DNA of 64,000 nt from an uncultured Gammaproteobacteria bacterium (GTDB lineage: Bacteria > Pseudomonadota > Gammaproteobacteria > UBA9214), in NCBI GenBank assembly GCA_963748215.1, contig CAVVHS010000006.1, positions 608,001 through 672,000 on the forward strand, given 5' to 3'. Below the pieces are notes generated by a model, which made no database searches, was not told where the DNA came from, and was given only the letters and a program-made list of their open reading frames with translations. Position numbers and translations under genes: made by a program. Within the stretch, counting starts at the first letter, position 1. Every line of letters starts with the position of its first letter. Below are positions 22,007 through 32,137 of this stretch, piece by piece.

Positions 22007-23441
22007 TCAGCTGCGTCGCCAGCTGGTGATCCCCGATGGATCGTCCTCCAGCACGATACCCTGCCGTGCCAGTTCGTCGCGAATGCGGTCGGCCTCCGCC
22101 CAGTCTTTTTCCTTGCGTGCCTGCAGGCGCTGCTGGATCAGCGTATTAATCCGTTCTTCAGTTAGCCCAGCCGCTGTTGCGGAGTCACCTTGCTCTGAAA
22201 TATTGGCCATCCCACTTATGCCGGATTGGAGATACTGCTCGGGTTCCGCCTGCAGCAACCCCAGCACCCCGGCCAGCTGCTTCAGGCAGCCGGCCAGCAG
22301 GCCGGCCTTGCCGGCGTCAGACTTGCTCACCCGGTTGATTTCGCGCGCCAGCTCGAACAACACGGCCACCGCCTCCGGCGTGTTGAAGTCATCGTCCATG
22401 GCTGCATGGAACTGGTCGACATAGCGCTTGCACGCATCATCCGTCGGTTCAGACAGCGGCTCCAGGCCACGCAGCGCAGTGTACAGGCGGGTTAGCGCCG
22501 CCCTGCTGTTGTCGAGGTTTTCCTGCGAATAATTGAGCGGACTGCGGTAGTGGCTGGCGAGAATGAAGTAACGCACTTCCTCCGCGCGGTAATTTTTGAG
22601 GATCTCGCGCACGGTGAAGAAATTGCCCAGCGACTTGGACATCTTTTCGTCGTCAACGCGGACGAAACCGTTATGCATCCAGTAGTTCACGAACGGCTTG
22701 CCGGTGGCGGCCTCCGACTGGGCAATCTCGTTTTCGTGGTGGGGAAACTTCAGGTCCATGCCGCCGCCGTGGATGTCAAAATGATCGCCCAGGTGATGGG
22801 TGGACATGGCCGAGCACTCGATATGCCAGCCCGGCCGGCCGGGCCCCCACGGCGACTGCCAGCTTGGCTCGCCCGGCTTAGCGCTGTTTCCACAGCACGA
22901 AATCCAGCGGATCACGCTTGGCCTCGTCGACTTCGATGCGCGCACCCGCCTGCAGGTCATCAAGCTGCTTGCCCGACAGCCTGCCGTAGCGGGCGAAGCT
23001 GCTGACGGCATAATAGACATCGCCGTTGCCGCCCTGGTAGGCATGCCCCTTCTCCACCAGCTTCGCAATCATGGTGATGATGTCATCCATCGAATCGGTG
23101 GCCTTCGGCTCGAGGTCCGGACGTGCAACGCCCAGCGCATCCGCATCCTCGTTCATGATATCGATGAAGCGTGCGGTCAGGGCGTGGAAGTCCTCGCCGT
23201 TCTCGTTAGCGCGGCGGATGATCTTGTCGTCGATGTCGGTGATGTTGCGCACGTAGGTCACGGCATAACCCTGCTCCCTGAGGTAACGCGCGACCACGTC
23301 GAATACCACCATGACGCGCGCATGCCCGAGGTGACAGTAGTCGTACACGGTCATGCCGCACACATACATCCTGACCCTGCCTGCGTCGATCGGGACGAAA
23401 ACATCTTTCTGACTGGTCAGGCTGTTGTAGATTCTAAGCAT
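22007..23441 (-). CDS. cysS: Cysteine-tRNA ligase, +1 frameshift near 22883
   Basis: [18 protein letters not shown] (HIGH) in 22878..23441; [12 protein letters not shown] and KMSKS in 22007..23068. Confidence 0.95.
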
Positions 23442-23629
23442 TCCGGGCTCACGGTGCGGACAGGCGAGGCGTGTATTGCTGTTGTTCCGGACCAGCCAGG
23501 CCGGTGGCCGGCAACAGCATCACATACACAGGCACGGCAACCGGTCCTGCCGGCAAGGCCGTGTGATCGCTCTTGTAATGAGTGCCAGAGCTTATATCAT
23601 TGGCACACCCTCACATCAACCGGAGCACT

Positions 23630-24232
23630 ATGATGAAATACCTGAATGGCCTGCTGCTGGCAGTCAGCATCGGTCTGGCGCCGACCAGCGCCTTCACCCA
23701 GAATAATCAACCAGACACAGAAGGAAACCACATGGTCAAGGTCACGATGGATACCAGCAAGGGCGTCATAAAGCTTGAGCTGGATGCCGACAAGGCGCCG
23801 CTCACGGTCACCAATTTCGTCGAGTATGCGAAGTCCGGTTTTTACGACAACACCATTTTTCACCGCGTCATACCCGGCTTCATGATCCAGGGCGGTGGCT
23901 TTGAGCCCGACATGAAGCAGAAAACCACCCGCGCGCCGGTTAAAAACGAGGCCGGCAACGGCCTGAAGAACCTGGCCGGCAGCATCGCCATGGCGCGCAC
24001 CAGCGACCCACACTCGGCCACCGCGCAGTTCTTCATCAACTGCGTGGATAACGATTTTCTGAACTTCAAGTCGGAGACGCCGCAGGGCTGGGGCTATACC
24101 GTGTTCGGCAAGGTCGTCGAGGGCATGGATACCGTCAAAACGATCGAAAAGGTCCCTACCGGCACCAGCTCCGGCATGGGTGATGTACCCGTCGAGCCAG
24201 TCATTATCAGGGCAGTGACCATCGAGGACTAG
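23630..24232 (+). CDS. ppiB: Cyclophilin-type peptidyl-prolyl isomerase with signal peptide, at the ppiB position
   Basis: [24 protein letters not shown]; between cysS and lpxH; GGAG RBS before ATG 23630. Confidence 0.88.
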   Translation: MMKYLNGLLLAVSIGLAPTSAFTQNNQPDTEGNHMVKVTMDTSKGVIKLELDADKAPLTVTNFVEYAKSGFYDNTIFHRVIPGFMIQGGGFEPDMKQKTTRAPVKNEAGNGLKNLAGSIAMARTSDPHSATAQFFINCVDNDFLNFKSETPQGWGYTVFGKVVEGMDTVKTIEKVPTGTSSGMGDVPVEPVIIRAVTIED

Positions 24233-24252
24233 GCCGCGGGCCGCCTGCCGCC

Positions 24253-24990
24253 ATGCCCTGCACCCTGTTCATTTCGGACCTGCACCTGGATCCGGAACGG
24301 CCGGCGATCACCGCCCTGTTTCTCGACTTCCTCGCGGCGCGTGCGGGTCACGCCGATGCGCTGTACATCCTGGGCGACCTGTTCGAGGCATGGATCGGCG
24401 ATGACGATGATTCGGAGCTGAACCGGGGCGTGTGCCACGAACTGGCACGCTGCGCTGCGGCGGGCACCGCCGTTTACGTCATGCACGGCAACCGCGACTT
24501 CCTGCTCGGCGAGCGCTTTGCGAAGCAGTCGCACTGCACGCTGCTCGATGATCCCGCCTGCATCGACCTGTACGGCACGCCCACCCTGCTCATGCACGGT
24601 GATCTGCTGTGCACGGATGATACCGAATACCAGGCCTTTCGGGTCCAGGCGCGCAGCGCGGCATGGCAGGAAGAACTGCTGGCGAAAACTCTGCAGGAAC
24701 GCCGTGCCATCGCCAGCGAAATGCGCCGGGTCAGCCGCGAGAAGACCGGCGGCAAGCCTGAATCCATCATGGATGTCAACGCGACAGCGGTCATCGAGCG
24801 CATGACAAGGCACGCCACGATCCGCTTGATTCACGGTCACACGCACCGCCCGGACATACACGAACTGGTCATCGACGGCAGGCCCGCACAGCGCATCGTG
24901 CTGGGCGACTGGTACGAACAGGGCAGCGTGCTCGAATGTACGCCGAACGGATGCGAGCTGGAGTCACTCGAACCGCGGCGGACTTCCTAG
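24253..24990 (+). CDS. lpxH: UDP-2,3-diacylglucosamine diphosphatase
   Basis: FISDLHL, LGDLFE, HGNRDF, HGD, HGHTH. Confidence 0.96.
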   Translation: MPCTLFISDLHLDPERPAITALFLDFLAARAGHADALYILGDLFEAWIGDDDDSELNRGVCHELARCAAAGTAVYVMHGNRDFLLGERFAKQSHCTLLDDPACIDLYGTPTLLMHGDLLCTDDTEYQAFRVQARSAAWQEELLAKTLQERRAIASEMRRVSREKTGGKPESIMDVNATAVIERMTRHATIRLIHGHTHRPDIHELVIDGRPAQRIVLGDWYEQGSVLECTPNGCELESLEPRRTS

Positions 24991-25114
24991 CCCGCATTTC
25001 TCACCGGGCAGCTGTAGACAGACATAATGAATTGAAATCACGAAAGTGATACCCATTCAGCAAACAACAGTGTGTCATCAGGCGGTGCCTATCCCGGTGA
25101 GAAATGCGGGCTAG
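24987..25114. mobile_element. Short-form MITE-like element (128 bp); both terminal CTAGs contain the stop codons of the convergent flanking genes
   Basis: Perfect 22-bp TIR CTAGCCCGCATTTCTCACCGGG / CCCGGTGAGAAATGCGGGCTAG. Confidence 0.93.
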
Positions 25115-25845
25115 TCGGTGGCGAGTCGAATGCGCTGATAGTCTTCCGGCAGCGCAAACAGCCCCGGCTCGACCTGCGCACCGGCGCGGAAGTTCACCAG
25201 CGAACGCTGGTAACCGGCACCATCCCACTCCTGGATCGGCAGTCCGTGGCGCAAATACCGGTCCGGCGCATACACGTAGCGGGACAGAAAACACGGCGTC
25301 TGCATCTCGGCCGGGACAGTGTGCAGACTGCCCAGCTGGCGATTGCCTAGCACCCTGGCGTAGTCGGCAAGACCGGCCACGGCATCGTCCAGCAGACCGG
25401 GCACGGCAGCAACCCGGAAGCAGGTCGTGTCGTTGGCCGTGAAGCGGACCAGCAACGGCTGCTTCCCGGCGACAGCCGGCGTCGCGTCATCTTCCTCGAT
25501 CACCTCGTCGAAGTGTAGCGTGTCAGGTACTCGCTGCTCGCGTGTCTGGAATTCGATCACCAGGATATTCCGCTCCTCGTGGTTGACGCTGTACAAGGTG
25601 CGTGTGCCACGATCCAGCAGCACGAAGTCACCGCCGTCGTCATCGTCGTCGAGACGCACGAACCCCGCGCTCACGATAATCCGGACCGGGTAGATATCGG
25701 TGCCTGCCTCCTTCTCCTGGTACCAGAGCATGCTGGCCGTGTGTGGCGCTGCATTTTCCTGCGCGGCTACCGGGCCCGCCACGGCAATCAGCATGCCGGC
25801 AAGACAACCCGCCGCCGCGTTCAGGATGTGTCGTCTGATATTCAC
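25111..25845 (-). CDS. Exported hypothetical protein
   Basis: Signal-peptide-like N-terminus; C-terminal LFALPEDY motif as seen in DUF4412-like exported proteins; overlaps the upstream stop. Confidence 0.7.
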   Translation of the reverse strand: MNIRRHILNAAAGCLAGMLIAVAGPVAAQENAAPHTASMLWYQEKEAGTDIYPVRIIVSAGFVRLDDDDDGGDFVLLDRGTRTLYSVNHEERNILVIEFQTREQRVPDTLHFDEVIEEDDATPAVAGKQPLLVRFTANDTTCFRVAAVPGLLDDAVAGLADYARVLGNRQLGSLHTVPAEMQTPCFLSRYVYAPDRYLRHGLPIQEWDGAGYQRSLVNFRAGAQVEPGLFALPEDYQRIRLATD

Positions 25846-26663
25846 GTCGTCTCACTACCCATCGTTTCCAGCATCTCGATCTCCACGTCGTCGAACCCGG
25901 CCTGTTGCCGTGCCGCGGTATTGAGTGGCTTCCTGACCGGGCCCAGCCGGTATTCGCGCCACAGGTTTCCGAATGTCAGTACCGGGTCCAGTCCGCGCTG
26001 GCGGCACAGATACCGGTACCAGTGCGTACCGATTCTGACATGCCCGATCTCGTCGGCCAGTATCCGCTCCAGAATACGCACACTGCGTGTATCGCCCACC
26101 TGCTCGAGACGCGCGATCATCCCGGGTGTGACGTCCAGTCCGCGCGCCTCCAGCACCCGCGGCACCAGCGCCATGCGTACCAGCACGTCATGCGCGGTTT
26201 TCTCCGCCATCTCCCACAGGCCGTCATGCGCGGGAAAATCACCATAGACATGACCCAGTTCCTGCAGGCGGACGCGAAGCATATCAAAATGCAGGGCCTC
26301 CTCGCCGGCCACCTGGCTCCAGTCGCGGTAGAAACGTTCGGGCAGACCGCGGAACCGGCACACCGCGTCCCAGGCCAGGTTGATGGCATTGAACTCGATA
26401 TGGGCCAGCGCATGCAGGAAGGCCGCACGCCCCGCCGGCGTGCCCAGCTTGCGCGGCGCCAGCCGTGCATGGTGCACCAGCACCGGCCGCGCCGGCCGTC
26501 CCGCCCGCAACGCGGTTGCCGGGACATCGTCAGCCGGCCGTGCCCGGCCGCCGTCAGCCCAGAGGCTGGCCGCTCGCAGGGTCATGGCAACCTTGTCGAC
26601 CGGTTCTTCGGCCGCCAGGCAGTCACGTGCCAGCATCATCAGATTTTCCATGTCGGGTATCAA
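25842..26663 (-). CDS. Ferritin-like DUF455 family protein
   Basis: HIEFNAINLAWDA, EEALHF, LEARGLD, DEIGHV diiron-type motifs. Confidence 0.85.
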   Translation of the reverse strand: MIPDMENLMMLARDCLAAEEPVDKVAMTLRAASLWADGGRARPADDVPATALRAGRPARPVLVHHARLAPRKLGTPAGRAAFLHALAHIEFNAINLAWDAVCRFRGLPERFYRDWSQVAGEEALHFDMLRVRLQELGHVYGDFPAHDGLWEMAEKTAHDVLVRMALVPRVLEARGLDVTPGMIARLEQVGDTRSVRILERILADEIGHVRIGTHWYRYLCRQRGLDPVLTFGNLWREYRLGPVRKPLNTAARQQAGFDDVEIEMLETMGSETT

Positions 26664-27892
26664 TCGGGCAGTCTCAGGCCAATGACCAGATCCATCACAT
26701 TGGTCCCGGTCGGACCGGTTTGCAGTACGTCGCCGGCCGCCGCCAGGCAGGTGCCGGCATCCGCCCGCCGTAACGCGCTTGCGGCGTCCTGGCCGGCGCT
26801 TGCCGCCCGGCTGACACTCAGGCCATCGACGATGGCGCCTGCCGCCGGAGTGGAACCGTCATTGCCATCGGTGCCGGCGGCCAGCAACAGTATAGTCTGC
26901 TGCCCCTGCAGCACGAGCGCGGCGGCCAGGGCCAGCTGCTGGTTGCGGCCGCCCTGGCCCGGCTGTTCCGGCAGCACCACCGTGGTCTCGCCACCCCAGA
27001 GGTAAATACCCGGTGCGGCGCTGAACAGCTGCTGTGCGATGTGCTGCGCGGCGGACTCGGCCGGACCGGCGAGCGCCTCGGGCATGACCCGCGCCGGGTA
27101 ACCGATGTCAGCGGCGCAGGCCGCGGCGGCCGTCAAAGCGTCCGCGAGACTGGCGACCACGTGATGCGGAAGCGTCTCCGGACAGCGCAGCAGGTCACCG
27201 GCCGCTGGCAGCACCAGCCAGTCCGGCAGCACTGGCAGCTCGCGCGCCGCTAGCGCGTCGGGATACAGCGGCCCGGAACCGATGATGGCCGGATCATCGC
27301 CCGGCACGTCCGAGATCAGCAGCACGCTGGCCGGGCGCTTGCCCAGCCAGGCCGTCAAGCGGCCGCCCTTGATGGCGGACAGTGCCTGCCGCACGCGGTT
27401 CACGGCGCGGATATCCAGACCGCTGCCGATCAGCCAGCGGTTGGCGCGGCGCAGCAGATCGAGGCTGACCCCGTCGGGCAGCACCTCGACCAGGCTGGAC
27501 GCCCCGCCCGACAGGAGGAACAGGACCGGCAGATCCGCCGGCAACCCGGCGAGGAAGCGGAGCAGCCGGGTACCGGCCGCGAGGCTGTATTCGTCGGGCA
27601 GTGGATGCCCGCCCTGCAGGCGAGTGATGCGGTCATCCCGCTCGAGTGAGGCGTCGAAATGACCGGGCTTGGTGATCAGCAAGGCACTGAACAGCTGCAC
27701 CCCCGGCGCCTCACGTGCGCCGGCGAGCATCGCGGCCCCCGCCTTGCCTATGGCGACTACCGCGATCCTGCCGGCCGGCGGCCGATTGCCAAGGAAGCGC
27801 CGCACGACCGTCCGACCGTCGACAGCGGCCAGTGCCGCGCGAAAAATCGTCTCGAGGTGTTGCCGCGCCAGGGCCGGCTCGGTGTGCCTCAT
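26660..27892 (-). CDS. Glycerate 2-kinase (TtuD/MOFRL family)
   Basis: IGKA, SGGASSL, ISDVPGD, GGETTV, GGRNQ, GTDGNDG, TGTNVMD. Confidence 0.9.
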   Translation of the reverse strand: MRHTEPALARQHLETIFRAALAAVDGRTVVRRFLGNRPPAGRIAVVAIGKAGAAMLAGAREAPGVQLFSALLITKPGHFDASLERDDRITRLQGGHPLPDEYSLAAGTRLLRFLAGLPADLPVLFLLSGGASSLVEVLPDGVSLDLLRRANRWLIGSGLDIRAVNRVRQALSAIKGGRLTAWLGKRPASVLLISDVPGDDPAIIGSGPLYPDALAARELPVLPDWLVLPAAGDLLRCPETLPHHVVASLADALTAAAACAADIGYPARVMPEALAGPAESAAQHIAQQLFSAAPGIYLWGGETTVVLPEQPGQGGRNQQLALAAALVLQGQQTILLLAAGTDGNDGSTPAAGAIVDGLSVSRAASAGQDAASALRRADAGTCLAAAGDVLQTGPTGTNVMDLVIGLRLPD

Positions 27893-27928
27893 GTCAGCCG
27901 TGACGGTAGCGCGCCGGGGCCGCGCCGT

Positions 27929-29116
27929 TCAGCCGCCCACGGCGTCGAAGCCACGCTCCAGGTCATCACGCAGGTCATCCACCGCTTCCAGGCCGACGGC
28001 CAGCCGGATCAGGCCGTCCGAGATCCCCGCCTGTGCGCGCTGCCCGGGGTCCAGGCGGCCGTGCGTGGTGGTCGCCGGATGCGTGATAGTGCTCTTGGTA
28101 TCGCCCAGGTTGGCGGTGATCGAGAACAGCCGGGTGGCGTCGATGAAGGCCCAGGCATCGCGCTGCCCGCCCTTGAGTTCAAACGACAGCACACCGCCGA
28201 AGCCCTGCTGTTGCTGTTGCGCCAGTGCGTGTTGCGGGTGCGAGGCAAGACCCGGGTGATGGACGCGCGCCACGGCCGGCTGCTGCTCCAGCCAGCTCGC
28301 CAGTGCCAGCGCGTTTTCGCAATGTGCGCGCATGCGCAGCGCCAGGGTTTCCAGTCCCTTCAGAAACACCCAGGCATTGAACGGGCTCATGGACGGGCCG
28401 GCGGTACGCAGGAAACCGTACACTTCCTTGCCGACCTGTTCGGCGTTGCCGACCACCGCCCCGCCGATGCAGCGCCCCTGCCCGTCGAGATACTTGGTCG
28501 CCGAGTGGATCACGATATCGGCACCGAGTTCCAGTGGCCGCTGCAGGGCCGGTGTGCAGAAACAGTTGTCCACCACCAGCACGCAGTCATGCGCACCGGC
28601 CAGGGTCGCCAGTGCCCGGATATCCGCCAGTTCGGTGAGCGGATTGGACGGCGTCTCCAGGAACAGCAGCCGGGTCTGCGGCCGGATGGCAGCTTCCCAG
28701 GCATGCAGGTCGGCCAGCGCGACAAAGCTCGTCTCGATACCGAAGCGCGCCAGGTAGGTCGTGAACAGCACTGTGGTCGTGCCGAAGATGCTGCGCGAGG
28801 CGACGATGTGATCGCCGGCCTTCAGCAGCCCGGCGCAGGTGGCCAGGATCGCGGCCATGCCGGACGCCGTGGCCACGCAACGCTCACCGCCTTCCAGCGT
28901 CGCCAGCCGCTCCTCGAACGTGCGCACCGTCGGATTGGTGAACCGTGAATAGATATTGCCGGGCGCATCCCCGGCAAAGCGTGCGGCGGCTTCCGCGGCA
29001 CTGGCGAATACGTAACTGGAAGTCGGGAATATCGGTTCGGCATGTTCGCCCTCGGCGGTACGATGCTGACCGCTGCGCACTGCGCGGGTCTCGAACTGGT
29101 ACTCATCGTATGACAT
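27929..29116 (-). CDS. metZ: O-succinylhomoserine sulfhydrylase
   Basis: YSRFTNPT, ETPSNP, HSATKYLDGQGR, ANLGDTKS; follows purF. Confidence 0.95.
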   Translation of the reverse strand: MSYDEYQFETRAVRSGQHRTAEGEHAEPIFPTSSYVFASAAEAAARFAGDAPGNIYSRFTNPTVRTFEERLATLEGGERCVATASGMAAILATCAGLLKAGDHIVASRSIFGTTTVLFTTYLARFGIETSFVALADLHAWEAAIRPQTRLLFLETPSNPLTELADIRALATLAGAHDCVLVVDNCFCTPALQRPLELGADIVIHSATKYLDGQGRCIGGAVVGNAEQVGKEVYGFLRTAGPSMSPFNAWVFLKGLETLALRMRAHCENALALASWLEQQPAVARVHHPGLASHPQHALAQQQQQGFGGVLSFELKGGQRDAWAFIDATRLFSITANLGDTKSTITHPATTTHGRLDPGQRAQAGISDGLIRLAVGLEAVDDLRDDLERGFDAVGG

Positions 29117-29161
29117 GATTCATTGTCCTCTCATGTAACACTAACGGCTTGTCGCGGGCAC

Positions 29162-29194
29162 AAAAAAACCTGCTTGCAGTACGCGAAAGCAGGT
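29162..29194 (-). terminator. Intrinsic terminator forming the riboswitch expression platform before metZ
   Basis: ACCTGCTT...AAGCAGGT stem followed by a T run on the minus strand. Confidence 0.8.
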
Positions 29195-29199
29195 GCCGT

Positions 29200-29249
29200 C
29201 GCTTTAGCTGCATTTGTCAGGCGCCCGCAAGCTGAAATCAAATCGGCGC
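29200..29249 (-). ncRNA. SAM-II riboswitch aptamer
   Basis: Minus strand GCGCCGAUUUGAUUUCAGCUUGCGGGCGCCUGACAAAUGCAGCUAAAGCG has SAM-II hallmarks (GAUUU, UUGC, AAAU, GCUAAA) and lies upstream of a Met biosynthesis gene. Confidence 0.85.
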
Positions 29250-29260
29250 AGTTCACGAGG

Positions 29261-29289
29261 AGCGTAGTTGACGGCCGACGGGCTGTCAA
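29261..29289 (-). promoter_or_regulatory. Sigma-70 promoter for the riboswitch-metZ transcript
   Basis: TTGACA-N17-TACGCT; the predicted start lies a few nt before the aptamer. Confidence 0.7.
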
Positions 29290-29307
29290 CCTGGCCAGTC
29301 GCGGGTT

Positions 29308-30819
29308 TCAGGCGGTGTTGTGCAGGTCGATCACCTCGTCATCCTTGTCGCGACGTCCCTTCTTGGCGGCATCGTTGCGCAGGGTTTGCAGGTCATTGAG
29401 GTAATCGCCGCTGACGTCGCCGGTCACGTATTCGCCGGTGAACACCGAGTCGTCGAAGCGCTTGATCTTGGTGTTGCCCTTGCTGACCGCCTTGATCAGG
29501 TCTTCCATATCCTGGAACACCAACCAGTCGGCGCCGATCGCCGCACCGACCTCGTCTTCGCTGCGCCCCGCGGCGATCAGTTCATCGCTGCTCGGCATAT
29601 CGATTCCGTAGACATTCTGGTAGCGCACCGGCGGCGCTGCCGAGGCAAAATAGACCTTGTTGGCGCCGGCATCGCGCGCCATGTCGATGATCTGCGAGGA
29701 CGTGGTGCCACGCACGATCGAGTCATCTACCAGCAGCACGTTCTTGTCCCGGAATTCCAGTTCGATGGCATTCAGCTTCTGGCGCACGGACTTCTTGCGC
29801 TGTTGCTGGCCGGGCATGATGAAGGTACGGCCAATATAGCGATTCTTGATAAAACCCTCGCGGTACTTGACACCCAGGTTAAAGGCCAGTTGCAGCGCCG
29901 AGGTGCGGCTGGTGTCGGGTATCGGAATGACCACGTCGATATCGTGTTCGGGCCACACCCGGAGGATCTTGTCGGCCAGCTTGTCGCCCATGCGCAGCCG
30001 CGCCTTGTAGACGGAGATCCGGTCGATGATGGAATCCGGCCGTGCCAGGTAGACGTATTCGAAGATGCACGGTGACAATACCGCCTGCTCGGCACACTGC
30101 TTGCGGTGCAACTTGCCGTCCAGCGTGACAACAATCGCCTCGCCCGGGGCCACGTCGTCGATGAGTTCGAAATCGAGTGCGTCCAGCGCGACGCTCTCGG
30201 ACGCCATCATGTAATCGGTGCCCGCCGGGGTCTCGCGCTTGCCATACACCACCGGGCGAATCCCGCAGGGGTCACGAAACGCGACCACACCGTAGCCGGT
30301 GATCATCGCCACCGCCGCGTAGGCGCCACGACAGCGCCGGTGCACACTGGCCACCGCCTTGAAGATATCGTTGACGTCGATCTTGAGCTTGGCGTGCTGT
30401 TGCAGCTCGTGTGCAAATACGTTGAGCAGCACCTCGGAATCGGAGTCTGTGTTGATCTGCCGCAGGTCTTCCTGGAACAGTTCCTGCTTCAGCTTGTTGG
30501 CGTTGATGAGATTGCCGTTATGGGCCAGGCTGACGCCGTAGGGCGAATTGACATAAAACGGCTGCGCCTCTGCCGAACTCGCACAGCCGGCTGTCGGGTA
30601 GCGTACATGGCCGATGCCCATGTTGCCGCGCAGTCGGCGCATGTGACGGGTATGAAAGACATCCCGCACCAGGCCGTTGTCCTTGCGAAGGTTCATCCTG
30701 CCACCCTCGCAGGTCATGATGCCGGCGGCATCCTGGCCGCGATGCTGCAGCACGGTCAGTCCGTCGTAAATGGCCTGGTTGACCGGACTGTGTGCAACTA
30801 TCCCTATGATGCCGCACAT
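29308..30819 (-). CDS. purF: Amidophosphoribosyltransferase
   Basis: MCGI N-terminal Cys, [19 protein letters not shown]. Confidence 0.98.
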   Translation of the reverse strand: MCGIIGIVAHSPVNQAIYDGLTVLQHRGQDAAGIMTCEGGRMNLRKDNGLVRDVFHTRHMRRLRGNMGIGHVRYPTAGCASSAEAQPFYVNSPYGVSLAHNGNLINANKLKQELFQEDLRQINTDSDSEVLLNVFAHELQQHAKLKIDVNDIFKAVASVHRRCRGAYAAVAMITGYGVVAFRDPCGIRPVVYGKRETPAGTDYMMASESVALDALDFELIDDVAPGEAIVVTLDGKLHRKQCAEQAVLSPCIFEYVYLARPDSIIDRISVYKARLRMGDKLADKILRVWPEHDIDVVIPIPDTSRTSALQLAFNLGVKYREGFIKNRYIGRTFIMPGQQQRKKSVRQKLNAIELEFRDKNVLLVDDSIVRGTTSSQIIDMARDAGANKVYFASAAPPVRYQNVYGIDMPSSDELIAAGRSEDEVGAAIGADWLVFQDMEDLIKAVSKGNTKIKRFDDSVFTGEYVTGDVSGDYLNDLQTLRNDAAKKGRRDKDDEVIDLHNTA

Positions 30820-30852
30820 GCTGGTACCTCCAGGACGCCCGCGACCGAACGG

Positions 30853-31350
30853 TCAGGCGTAGTTGATATTGCTGGCAATCTCTTCAGGCAGGAAGCTGCG
30901 CATCCACAGCGCGAACTCTTCGAAATAACTGAGGAACTGCGAGTCCTGCCACCAGGAATCATGCGGGAATGGCGTCAGGCCGGCGAGCAGAACCAGGATC
31001 GCGACGATGACACCGCCGCGTGCGATACCGAATACAATCCCCAGCATCTTGTCCGTACTGGTCAGTCCGGTACGCGAGACCAGCTTGCTGGCGAGGTAGT
31101 TGACCACGGCACCAAGCAGCAGCACACAGACGAACAGCAAGGCAAAGGCGGTGATCTTCTGTGCCGAGGCGAGCGTGATCCATTGTGACAGCCAGGTGGC
31201 AAAAGGCTCGTAAAAGGACATGGCCACCCACAGGGCGATCAGCCAGGTCGCCAGTGCCAGCGCTTCCTTGACGAAGCCGCGAAACAGACTCAGTATCGCT
31301 GACAGCACCACCAGCGCCAGTATCACTATATCAATCCAGGCAATTGCCAT
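30853..31350 (-). CDS. cvpA: Colicin V production protein CvpA
   Basis: WID...RGFVKEAL, DKMLGIVFG; dedD-cvpA-purF synteny. Confidence 0.93.
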   Translation of the reverse strand: MAIAWIDIVILALVVLSAILSLFRGFVKEALALATWLIALWVAMSFYEPFATWLSQWITLASAQKITAFALLFVCVLLLGAVVNYLASKLVSRTGLTSTDKMLGIVFGIARGGVIVAILVLLAGLTPFPHDSWWQDSQFLSYFEEFALWMRSFLPEEIASNINYA

Positions 31351-31440
31351 ATCGACCTCGTGCTCCAGAGTACATAGACGGCCCCGAACTGGCCAGGCGG
31401 CCATTTTAGCAGATAAGTGCCGGAAATCACCACGTTCGCG

Positions 31441-32052
31441 TCATTCCGGCGTCGCGGGCAATTCGATGACGATCCCCTTGAGTTGCAGCTCCCTGGCCAG
31501 CTTTTGCAGCAGTTTCTCCGCATTCCCCCGCCCTTTTTCCGGCCCGACCAGAACGCGATAGCTGCTGCCCTTGCCAATGTCGGTTTGCTGCAGGTGCGCC
31601 GGGTAGCCGGCCTTGCCCAGTCGTTCGTGCAACCCGGCGGCATTGTCCTGCTGGCTGAAACTCCCTACCTGGGCATACCAGCCCTCCGCCGGTGCCGCGG
31701 CTGCCGGTGGATTGCGGGTAACCGGCACCTCCGCCACGGGTACCGAGGCCGGTTCGGGCACCGCGGGTAACGACGCAGGCTCCGGCCCCGTATCAGCACC
31801 GTCGGCCTGAACCGGGTCAGCCTGCGTCTGGCCGGGAGGCGCCGCGACCGGACCGGCAGCCGTGGCGCCTTCGGTTTCCGGCAAGGGCAGCTCCATGCTC
31901 GTGCGGAATTCCAGTGGCGGCGGTTGCGGAATGTTCTGGTTGCGCGGCGTCCATTCGTCTCCCGGGCCTTCGAGGATGACGGGAATGAAAATGACGGCCA
32001 GCGAAACCAGCACGACCGCACCGACCAGCCTTTGCTTGAGTTGCTGCTCCAT
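31441..32052 (-). CDS. dedD: SPOR-domain cell division protein DedD
   Basis: LKQRLVGAVVLV membrane anchor, Pro/Ala linker, WYAQVGSF SPOR domain. Confidence 0.9.
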   Translation of the reverse strand: MEQQLKQRLVGAVVLVSLAVIFIPVILEGPGDEWTPRNQNIPQPPPLEFRTSMELPLPETEGATAAGPVAAPPGQTQADPVQADGADTGPEPASLPAVPEPASVPVAEVPVTRNPPAAAAPAEGWYAQVGSFSQQDNAAGLHERLGKAGYPAHLQQTDIGKGSSYRVLVGPEKGRGNAEKLLQKLARELQLKGIVIELPATPE

Positions 32053-32115
32053 GGATACCCCGTAAAGAAGTGATTACCGTGTCTCCGCTGTGCGCGGACC
32101 GGAAACTATACCTGA

Positions 32116-32137
32116 CTGGCCCGCATTTCTCACCGGG
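32116..32137. repeat. Solo terminal repeat of the MITE family; supplies the folC TGA stop
   Basis: CTGGCCCGCATTTCTCACCGGG, 21/22 identical to the TIR; no partner end nearby. Confidence 0.8.

Noticed and set aside
22870-22890. Programmed frameshifting in cysS, tgt or hupB
   Set aside because: No slippery sequence or stimulatory signal; four same-type errors point to an assembly artefact
25001-25294. Similar short ORFs (...MTHCLLLNG.HF...) at 25001, 53080 and 62485
   Set aside because: They are translations through the MITE core; starts and frames differ between copies and there is no RBS
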